Positions 21,988 through 30,385 of a stretch of 32,000 nucleotides of DNA are shown here, in pieces. Positions within the stretch are counted from its first letter, which is position 1, and each line of letters begins with the position of its first letter. A program made the translations under genes and the position numbers. The DNA is from Candidatus Saganbacteria bacterium (GTDB lineage: Bacteria; Margulisbacteria; WOR-1; JAKLHX01): NCBI GenBank assembly GCA_026387835.1, contig JAPLKZ010000010.1, forward strand, positions 296,379-328,378. The letters run 5' to 3'. The notes beneath the pieces were generated by a model. It made no database searches. It had not been told where the DNA came from and saw only the letters and a list, made by a program, of their open reading frames with translations.

Positions 21988-23679
21988 ATGAGTTTGGAAC
22001 GCGTCACTATCCCGCGGATGCTGAAAGACTGCGCCGACAAGTTCGGGCCTTATGTCGCGCTGCAGATGAAGGCTGAGAATGGCGGTTATAAAAAGATCAC
22101 CTACGCCGAGCTTCACGCTGCCGTACAGGACATCGGATTCTTTCTTCTTAAAAACAGGATAAACAAAGGCGACAGGATCGCCTTGTTCTGCGAGAACAGG
22201 CCTGAATGGCCTTTTGTTTATTTCGGTATAACTAGTATCGGAGCGATAGTGGTGCCGCTCGACCCGAAATTGGAATCCGGAGAGATATTAAATCTTTTAG
22301 AGAACAGCGGAGCACTGATGGCCTTTTGTTCGGACACGCTTCTTTCAAAATTGGAAAATATAAAGGCGCGGGTCCCGTCATTGAAAGAGATCTTGAACAT
22401 CGACAAAGACCTTGAGGGCATCTTGAGCTCGTCTTACTTTGACGCCATGCCGGTCGACCGGGCGGAACCCGATGATATCGCGTCCATAATCTACACGTCC
22501 GGAACGACCGGCAATCCCAAGGGAGTTATGCTTTCGCATAAAAATATTCTTTCGAATGTGGTTGAAATAGCCCCGATATTTCACATGATAGGCCCGGGCG
22601 ATAATTTCCTGTCGGTGCTGCCGAACTATCACGCTTTCGAGACGACGGCCGGCATGTTCTGCCCGATCTATTTGGGCGCGACGATCACTTATGCCGAAAG
22701 CCTTAAATCTTACAGCCTCATCAAGAACATGCAGGAGACCAAGGTGACGGTCCTTTGCGCCGTGCCGCTTTTATACAAACTTTTCCTTGACGGGATCAAG
22801 CGGCAGGTAGAGGAGAAAGGGGGGTTCGCCAGGGTCCTTTTTGCCCTTCTTTTTCTGCTTTCGCGGCTGTCACGGTTATTCCGGGCCAATATCGGAAGGT
22901 TTCTTTTCGGCATGGTCCACAGGACGTTCGGAGGAAATATAAAATTCTTTGTCTCGGGCGGAGCCGCGATCGACCCGGATATAATAAAAGAATTTGACCT
23001 GATGGGTTTTACCATCCTGCAAGGTTACGGTCTTACGGAGACAGCCCCCATCCTTTCCGCCTGCACCCTGGATAATAATGTCTTTGGTTCAGTCGGAAAG
23101 GCCCTGCCCGGCATTGAGATAAAGATATCGAATCCAAACAGCCGGGGAATAGGAGAGATCACGGCAAAAGGCCCCAACATAATGAAGGGATACTATAAAA
23201 ACCCGGAAGCGACCGCAGAGATCTTAAGGAATGATTGGTTTTATACCGGCGATCTCGGGCGGATCGATGACAAAGGCAATATCTACATCACCGGCAGGTC
23301 CAAAGATGTGATAGTGCTGGGGTCCGGCGTCAATGTATATCCTGACGAGGTTGAATTCATCCTTTCCAAAAGCCCGTTCATTCAGGAGATCTGCGTCTTC
23401 GGCGGTTCTATCAGAAAAGGTGCAAAGGCCGGGACAGAAGAAGTCCGGGCCGCGGTGGTGCCGAATATCGAAAAGATCGCGGATTGGGTACTAAAAAGAA
23501 ATTCCCATCTGACGGACGATCTGATATCCGAGATCCTCGGCAAGGAAATAGACAGTTACGGAAAGTTGTTGACGGAATATAAAAGGGTCTCTAAATATTA
23601 TGTTTCGAGAGAAGAGCTCCCAAAGACCGCGACAAAAAAGATAAAAAGGTTCCGGGTAAAACAGACTTTTAAGGAGTAA
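21988..23679 (+). CDS. AMP-dependent acyl-CoA/acyl-ACP synthetase (long-chain fatty-acid ligase-like)
   Basis: AMP-binding motifs YTSGTTGNPKGVMLSHKN, QGYGLTET, TGDLG..D..G...I.GR.KD and a C-terminal K in TATKKIKR. Confidence 0.85.
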   Translation: MSLERVTIPRMLKDCADKFGPYVALQMKAENGGYKKITYAELHAAVQDIGFFLLKNRINKGDRIALFCENRPEWPFVYFGITSIGAIVVPLDPKLESGEILNLLENSGALMAFCSDTLLSKLENIKARVPSLKEILNIDKDLEGILSSSYFDAMPVDRAEPDDIASIIYTSGTTGNPKGVMLSHKNILSNVVEIAPIFHMIGPGDNFLSVLPNYHAFETTAGMFCPIYLGATITYAESLKSYSLIKNMQETKVTVLCAVPLLYKLFLDGIKRQVEEKGGFARVLFALLFLLSRLSRLFRANIGRFLFGMVHRTFGGNIKFFVSGGAAIDPDIIKEFDLMGFTILQGYGLTETAPILSACTLDNNVFGSVGKALPGIEIKISNPNSRGIGEITAKGPNIMKGYYKNPEATAEILRNDWFYTGDLGRIDDKGNIYITGRSKDVIVLGSGVNVYPDEVEFILSKSPFIQEICVFGGSIRKGAKAGTEEVRAAVVPNIEKIADWVLKRNSHLTDDLISEILGKEIDSYGKLLTEYKRVSKYYVSREELPKTATKKIKRFRVKQTFKE

Positions 23680-23681
23680 AC

Positions 23682-23921
23682 ATGGAAAACCTCGATCAGG
23701 AAATAAGATCCATCATTTCAAGGGTGATAAAACTCCCCGAAGACAAGATCGAACCGAACACGGACCTTTTTAGGGACCTGGGGGTGGATTCCCTTCTCGG
23801 GGTCGAGATATTTGCGACGCTCGACAAAAAATACAAGATCGATCTTCCGGAAAAAAAGCTGGAAAAGATCCGGACTCTAAATGACATAATAAGCCTTGTC
23901 AAAGAAAAGACGGGCGGATGA
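23682..23921 (+). CDS. acyl carrier protein
   Basis: 79 aa with DLGVDSLLGVEI, the phosphopantetheine-attachment Ser in a DSL motif. The start lies 2 nt after the ligase stop. Confidence 0.85.
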   Translation: MENLDQEIRSIISRVIKLPEDKIEPNTDLFRDLGVDSLLGVEIFATLDKKYKIDLPEKKLEKIRTLNDIISLVKEKTGG

Positions 23922-23925
23922 AACC

Positions 23926-24654
23926 GTGAATGAAGACACCTCTTCATATTGGCGGAAGGTCCTGAAACTTGACGAATTGAACATTTGTGATGTCGCCTTG
24001 AAATGCGACAGGCATCTGATATCGCTCAGACGGCCTTTAAGGGCTTTTGCATCTTTGTTGTTCTTCAAGATGTTCCGCCTGTCTTCATCCGGGGTGGAAA
24101 ACCTTCCCGAAAAAGCGCCTTTCATCATCGCATCCAATCATGCAAGCAGTTTTGATTTCCCTGCCGTCTTTTTGTGCCTTCCAAAATTTCATCGGGATAA
24201 GGTTTGCGTTATCTATAAGGGGCTTTACGATAAGATCCCTTTTGCAAGGATGTTCATAAAAAGTTTTGCCCCATCATTCTCCGTGGACAGCAAAAGTGAT
24301 TTTTTGAGCGCGATGTCCACCGCTGCGAATGCTCTGATGTGCGGCAGGATCCTTTATATAGCTCCCGAAGGGACCAGGAACTCGGGGGAGATCCTTCCTT
24401 TTAAGGTGGGGGTCGGTGCTCTCGCAGTTGAGACCGGGACTCCTGTTGTCCCGGCTTATATTAAAGGCTCCGACAAGGCTCTGCCTAGAGGCAGTTTCAT
24501 CCCGAGGAAGCATCCCATAAAAGTATTTTTCGGAAAACCGCTTGATCCGCGGCCTTATTTTGAGAAAAAAAAGAGCACTGCTGCTTATGATGTATATAAA
24601 GAATTCGCGGACGACCTCCGGCTTTCAATAATAAGGCTTAAAGAAAAGGCCTAA
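23926..24654 (+). CDS. lysophospholipid (1-acyl-sn-glycerol-3-phosphate-type) acyltransferase
   Basis: HX4D motif NHASSFD, block III APEGTR and VPAYI. The start is ambiguous: GTG 23926 (after GGCGGA) or TTG 23896, which overlaps the ACP gene. Confidence 0.75.
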   Translation: MNEDTSSYWRKVLKLDELNICDVALKCDRHLISLRRPLRAFASLLFFKMFRLSSSGVENLPEKAPFIIASNHASSFDFPAVFLCLPKFHRDKVCVIYKGLYDKIPFARMFIKSFAPSFSVDSKSDFLSAMSTAANALMCGRILYIAPEGTRNSGEILPFKVGVGALAVETGTPVVPAYIKGSDKALPRGSFIPRKHPIKVFFGKPLDPRPYFEKKKSTAAYDVYKEFADDLRLSIIRLKEKA

Positions 24655-24732
24655 GAATGATTTGATTTACAATATCGGGATCTTGTTATATCATATCCTT
24701 AGCTTTCACTTTTATTCATCAAGGAGTAATAA

Positions 24733-25473
24733 ATGAAAAGAGTTTTCGTTTTGGTTTTCGTTCTTATGTTCCTTTCTTCCTTGGTTTTTGCGTCGCCCCG
24801 TCCTGTCCCTGGCATCTCACCCGCCAAAGGGAAGGTCATTCCCGAGACCCCTTTCCTGAAACAGGATGAGCAGAATACGCCCACTATGGGAGAGCTGTCT
24901 CAGCCTATGGTGATGAAAAGGCTGAACCTTCCTGCGCTTCTCACCAGAAAGGATTACCGTCTCGGGATAAGGTTCGGCTTGATGGCCCCTTGCGACAGCG
25001 TGTCCGTCACGAAGGATTGGCCTTTTGCCATCGGTTTTGATTTTGACGGCAAGCTCAATAAAAATCTTGATATCGGGCCCAGGATCACTTATGTGAACAA
25101 GAAATTCAATAATGGCACAAGCGTCAATGCTAACTATGGTTTTCTCATGCTCGGCTTCGGCGGCAGGCTATACCTTGCATATTTTGGTGACTATGGCAGC
25201 GCACACGGTTTTCTCAACGCTTACCTAGCGGGGGATATTAATTATGCGATAGCAAATAAGGGCTTTGATCTGTTGCCCTCTTCGTCTTCTCCTTCGTCTT
25301 TCAGCGGTTTCGTGGCAAATGCCGGCATTGGTATGGAGGCGGCATTTAGCCCCAATAACACCGGGTTCGTGGATGTCCGTTATCAAAAAGGCAGCACTAA
25401 GGACTCGAACGGGATAAGTTTTCCTGATGAAGGGTTCTTGTTAAGTCTCGGAACACGATTATCCTTCTTTTAA
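24733..25473 (+). CDS. outer-membrane beta-barrel protein (paralogue 1)
   Basis: Signal peptide MKRVFVLVFVLMFLSSLVFA, alternating-hydrophobic strands and a C-terminal LGTRLSFF with terminal Phe. AAGGAG SD. Confidence 0.7.
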   Translation: MKRVFVLVFVLMFLSSLVFASPRPVPGISPAKGKVIPETPFLKQDEQNTPTMGELSQPMVMKRLNLPALLTRKDYRLGIRFGLMAPCDSVSVTKDWPFAIGFDFDGKLNKNLDIGPRITYVNKKFNNGTSVNANYGFLMLGFGGRLYLAYFGDYGSAHGFLNAYLAGDINYAIANKGFDLLPSSSSPSSFSGFVANAGIGMEAAFSPNNTGFVDVRYQKGSTKDSNGISFPDEGFLLSLGTRLSFF

Positions 25474-25480
25474 GAAGGGC

Positions 25481-25509
25481 TTGAATTGATATAACATTTG
25501 CTATATAAT
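25481..25509 (+). promoter_or_regulatory. sigma-70-type promoter TTGAAT-N17-TATAAT for OMP paralogue 2
   Basis: ttgaat at 25481-25486 and tataat at 25504-25509 with a 17-nt spacer, 28 nt upstream of ATG 25538. Confidence 0.5.
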
Positions 25510-25537
25510 TTAATAAATTTTTTATAAGGGGGTAATC

Positions 25538-26224
25538 ATGAAAAAAGTATTGTTTGCAGCGCTTGCCGTTTCTTTTATTATCATTGGCCTTTCCGCTGTA
25601 TCCCAGGCCGCCACACCTGGCAGTGTTGCCGTCCCGGTGGGGGAAAGCATGTCAAAAGCTACTCTTGTCACGCAGGTAGATCTCCCCGCATTAATGAACA
25701 GAAAAACGTACAGGCTTGGGGTAAGGGGCGGGCTTATATCTGTTTCAGACACGACAAACATTCAAGCCGAGGGTACCGCTACATTCGGTTTTGATTTTGA
25801 CGCGAAGCTTAATGAAAACCTCGATACGGGCCCGAGATTCACTTACATCTGGAAACGTTATAACAACGGGACCACCGTCAACGGGAGCTACGGCATAATG
25901 GCTTTCGGTTACGGGGCAAGAATATATGTCACCTATTGGGGCGATTACGGAAGCACTCACGGGTATTTGAATGCTTACCTGACGGGCGATATTAACTACT
26001 GCGCCGCAAACAGATTGACGGACAGTCGGACGGGTGGTTCTCCGTCCTCATTTTCCGGATTCGCGGCCAATGCCGGGGCCGGAATAGAGGCGGCATTCGG
26101 ACCAAACACGACGGGTTTTGTCGAATTAAAATATCAGAAGAGCGGGCTTCGGGATTCTAATAATGTAGAACTTCCGCTCGACGGATTTGTGTTTAACCTT
26201 GGGACAAGGCTGGCATTCTTTTAG
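25538..26224 (+). CDS. outer-membrane beta-barrel protein (paralogue 2)
   Basis: Signal peptide MKKVLFAALAVSFIIIGLSAVSQA. Collinear with paralogue 1: PALxxRKxYRLGxR, FGFDFDxKLNxNLDxGPRxTY, YGSxHGxLNAYLxGDINY, SPSSFSGFxANAGxGxEAAF, LGTRLAFF. Confidence 0.7.
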   Translation: MKKVLFAALAVSFIIIGLSAVSQAATPGSVAVPVGESMSKATLVTQVDLPALMNRKTYRLGVRGGLISVSDTTNIQAEGTATFGFDFDAKLNENLDTGPRFTYIWKRYNNGTTVNGSYGIMAFGYGARIYVTYWGDYGSTHGYLNAYLTGDINYCAANRLTDSRTGGSPSSFSGFAANAGAGIEAAFGPNTTGFVELKYQKSGLRDSNNVELPLDGFVFNLGTRLAFF

Positions 26225-26248
26225 AAATTGATTTAAAAGGAGAGGATT

Positions 26249-26404
26249 ATGAATAGACGCGTGTTTTGGGGATCATTGGTGATCTTGATCGGCATTATTC
26301 TGCTTCTTGAGGCTGCGGGAATTGTCACAGGGAATATCTGGAGATATTTCTGGGCGGTATTATTGGTCCTTATCGGAATAGGAATACTGGTACCTGAAAA
26401 ATAG
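26249..26404 (+). CDS. 51-aa two-TM membrane protein (LiaF-N-terminal/DUF5668-like)
   Basis: Absent from the ORF track. AAGGAGAGG SD, then MNRRVFWGSLVILIGIILLLEAAGIVTGNIWRYFWAVLLVLIGIGILVPEK*. Two hydrophobic helices with the LIG(I/V)xLL pattern. Confidence 0.55.
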   Translation: MNRRVFWGSLVILIGIILLLEAAGIVTGNIWRYFWAVLLVLIGIGILVPEK

Positions 26405-26407
26405 TGT

Positions 26408-27649
26408 TCACCGGACTGCTGTTGCCCTTCTGAAGAACAAAAAGAGTGCCGGTAAAAAACTTATTACGGCTCCTATCAGAAGCGTGTGCGGGGCACCTAT
26501 GAAATGCGCCAATGCTCCCGCCTGAAATGCCCCTATCGGCATCAGCCCCATAAAGGACATCGAATAAAAGCCCATAATACGCCCGCGCAATTCATCCGTG
26601 ACCGTGTACTGCAGAAACGTGTTGACCGATATGGCCTGTGTCACTATATTAAACCCCAATATCAGCAGCGCCGCGCATGAAAGAAGGTAGTTCCTTGAAA
26701 ACGAGAACAGCACGGCCGCCAGCGCCATCATCGTCGTGCTTACGATTATCGTCCTGGTAAAATCTTTTTTTGCCCCGAACTGTGCAAGAAAGAAAGCCCC
26801 GAGCAACGCACCAACCCCTGAAAATGACATCAGGACCCCAAGTCCTTGCGCCCCTACATTTAGTATGTCTTTTGCAAATACGGGCATAAGCACGGCATAA
26901 GGCATTATGAACAATGACGTGAACGCCATGAGCACCAGCGAGAGCAGCACTTTCCTGTTTTGCAGCACATATTTTACTGAATCCATGAACGCTTCTCCAA
27001 AGTTCGCCTTTTGCATGGTTTTTACTTTGAATATACCTTTTATCATAAGCAGGCTTACTATAACTGCCAGGAACGAGACTGCGTTAAGATAAAAACAAAG
27101 TCCGACGCCGAAAGCTCCGATCAGATATCCCGCAACAGCCGGACCGATCACCCTTGCACTGTTGAAGGAAAGTGAATTGAGCGCTATTGCATTTGAAAAA
27201 TGATTGCGTTCCACAAGGTTCACTACGAACGCCTGCCTTACCGGAGAATCGACAGCGTTGGCCAATCCAAATACAAGCGCCAAAAGACATAGATTAAAAT
27301 AGTTGATCTGCCCGGTGGATATCAAAAGTCCTATCAAGAAAGAAGCAATGGCAAATACTATCTGTGTGGCAAGGAGCAGTTTTCGCCTGTCCATGCGGTC
27401 CGCCATGAACCCGCCCAGCGGGGACAAAAGAAGCACCGGGATGCCCGCGATAAAGTCCACCAGCCCCAGAAGGAACTTTGAATTTGTTATGTCATATGCA
27501 AGCCACCCTTGCGCTATCATCATCATCCAAAGACCCACAAGAGAGACGAACTGGCCGATCCAGAAAATGCGGTAATTCTTGAACCGCAGCGCATGGAACG
27601 CTTGCGGCAGTCTTTCCCAGATATCTTGAGCTGCTTTATTATTTGCCAT
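26408..27649 (-). CDS. MFS transporter (EntS/MFS_3-like)
   Basis: 413 aa with about 12 TM segments. The N-terminus FRFKNYRIFWIGQFVSLVGLWMMMIAQGWL and GGFMADRMDRRKLL (MFS loop 2-3 motif) support the call. No SD. An A/T-rich -10-like sequence abuts the ATG. Confidence 0.75.
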   Translation of the reverse strand: MANNKAAQDIWERLPQAFHALRFKNYRIFWIGQFVSLVGLWMMMIAQGWLAYDITNSKFLLGLVDFIAGIPVLLLSPLGGFMADRMDRRKLLLATQIVFAIASFLIGLLISTGQINYFNLCLLALVFGLANAVDSPVRQAFVVNLVERNHFSNAIALNSLSFNSARVIGPAVAGYLIGAFGVGLCFYLNAVSFLAVIVSLLMIKGIFKVKTMQKANFGEAFMDSVKYVLQNRKVLLSLVLMAFTSLFIMPYAVLMPVFAKDILNVGAQGLGVLMSFSGVGALLGAFFLAQFGAKKDFTRTIIVSTTMMALAAVLFSFSRNYLLSCAALLILGFNIVTQAISVNTFLQYTVTDELRGRIMGFYSMSFMGLMPIGAFQAGALAHFIGAPHTLLIGAVISFLPALFLFFRRATAVR

Positions 27650-27723
27650 ATTTATATAATAACTTTGATGGATCGCGAGAAATTGCTTGTTTTGACGTTA
27701 GAGCACGGATGTTCTTTAATCAG

Positions 27724-28235
27724 TTAAAAGTTAAAGAACTTTGTCCCCGAAGAGGTCCCCGGATTTTCCTGCTTTCTTAACGGCTTGACGCTGGGCATTG
27801 CCTGCTTCGGCAATATAGGATTAAACGCTGCGGCGGATGGTCTTTTCTGCTGGGGCTCTTTTTGCATTTCATCCCGCATTTTCTGGAAGTTTAGCACCAC
27901 TTTATCCGCGCTCTCGGTCGAAATTCCGCTTTTTTTATCCGCAAAATAGATTATGTCGGTGTCCCTCACCGGTCCGTAGACCTTTATCCCGACTCCGTCG
28001 CCCTTTTCGCCTTGAGGACGCGGCTGTGTTCTATCTGGATGGATTCGACGGTCTGGACCATGTCCGTTGTGTGCCCTTTTATATGTATTATATCCCCGAC
28101 CTTTAACGGCCTCTTAAGTGTTGTTGTTACTACATGGAGCTTGTCAAAGTAATGCTCGGCGCTGCCGATGACTTTTTCTTTTGGCTTGGACGCCTTCCTG
28201 GATGCCGTTTTTTTCGCTTTCTTTTTTAATACCAT
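27724..28235 (-). pseudogene. EF-Tu-domain-2-like small beta-barrel protein, interrupted by a -1 frame change in an A4 run; Lys-rich N-terminus and a ~65-aa unique tail
   Basis: Track ORFs 27984..28235 and 27724..27969 lie in adjacent frames. Frame 1 reads ...KVGDIIHIKGHTTDMVQTVESIQIEHSRVLKAKRATESG*. The -1 frame continues (K)GDGVGIKVYGPVRDTDIIYFAD. Joined, they give the family pattern as I remember it (I.I.GHTTDF.Q.V.SMQIEH..V..AKKGD.VGIKV...VR.GD.VY). The junction is gcgaaaagggcgac, minus strand of 28001-28010. Confidence 0.55.
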
Positions 28236-28332
28236 AGAAATTTTCCTCCTTTTTATGTTTTGGCGAAATTATAGCATAATTTTTCACCAAAAGTATTTAA
28301 TGGTATATCGTCTTGCGTGATATACTAAAATC

Positions 28333-28968
28333 ATGACAACCTTGATACTTATGCGCCACGGCGAAACGGCCTCAAATGTGGAACAGATCTATCAGGGTCA
28401 AGGCGATGGAGAGCTTTCGAAGAATGGGATAGAACAAGCCGGGCATGCCGCCAATTTTCTTAAAAAGACCGGCATTTGCGCTGTATACTGCTCTGACCTT
28501 AAAAGATCTGTCGATACGGCAAGAATTATCGCCAAACCGCATGGGCTCAAGGTCAGGCCGCTTAAAGATCTGAGAGAAAGATTTTACGGGGAATGGGAAG
28601 GGTTGAAATATTTTGAGATAGAGAAAAAATATAAGGGCCTTTATAAACTGTGGCTTATCCATCCAAATAAAGCTGACATTCCAGGGGCTGAAAAACTAAA
28701 GGGGCTGCAAAAAAGGGGCGTAAGAGCGGTTGAAAAGATAGCAAGATCTCATAAAAATAAAACGGTTTTAATCGTAGGCCATGGGGGCATTAACCGCACC
28801 ATATTATTCCATTATTTAATGCTCGGCCTGGACAACTTCTGGCGTATTAGGCAGGAGAACTGCGGTATGAATATAATCAAGTTCGCGGCTCCCTATCCGA
28901 GGATCGTCCTGCTCAACAGCACTTCACATCTCGGTAAAGATCACATAAAAGAGAACACTTTATCATAA
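28333..28968 (+). CDS. histidine phosphatase family protein (phosphoglycerate mutase/GpmB-like)
   Basis: LILMRHGETASN (RHG motif), SDLKR, ERFYGEWEG and VGHGGINR (second catalytic His). TATACT lies 6 nt upstream of the ATG and there is no SD. Confidence 0.75.
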   Translation: MTTLILMRHGETASNVEQIYQGQGDGELSKNGIEQAGHAANFLKKTGICAVYCSDLKRSVDTARIIAKPHGLKVRPLKDLRERFYGEWEGLKYFEIEKKYKGLYKLWLIHPNKADIPGAEKLKGLQKRGVRAVEKIARSHKNKTVLIVGHGGINRTILFHYLMLGLDNFWRIRQENCGMNIIKFAAPYPRIVLLNSTSHLGKDHIKENTLS

Positions 28969-29032
28969 CCTTTCGGGCCCACAAACGCCTTTCTTTTTCT
29001 GATAAAATAGAAATTGGCGCGAATTTTATTGA

Positions 29033-30373
<1,341 letters not shown>

Positions 30374-30385
30374 AAGGAGGAAAAC

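Noticed and set aside
21670-22116. 148-aa minus-strand ORF spanning the nadE / acyl-ligase junction
   Set aside because: Overlaps two strongly supported plus-strand genes and their sigma-70 promoter, with no coding signature.
23696-24137. 83-aa and 86-aa minus-strand ORFs
   Set aside because: Antisense to the ACP and acyltransferase genes, with no motifs or SD.
28001-28010. Programmed -1 ribosomal frameshift in the EF-like gene
   Set aside because: The site (G AAA AGG) is not a canonical slippery heptamer and no obvious downstream stimulatory structure was seen. A homopolymer indel or pseudogene is more parsimonious. It is kept as a finding because it is checkable.
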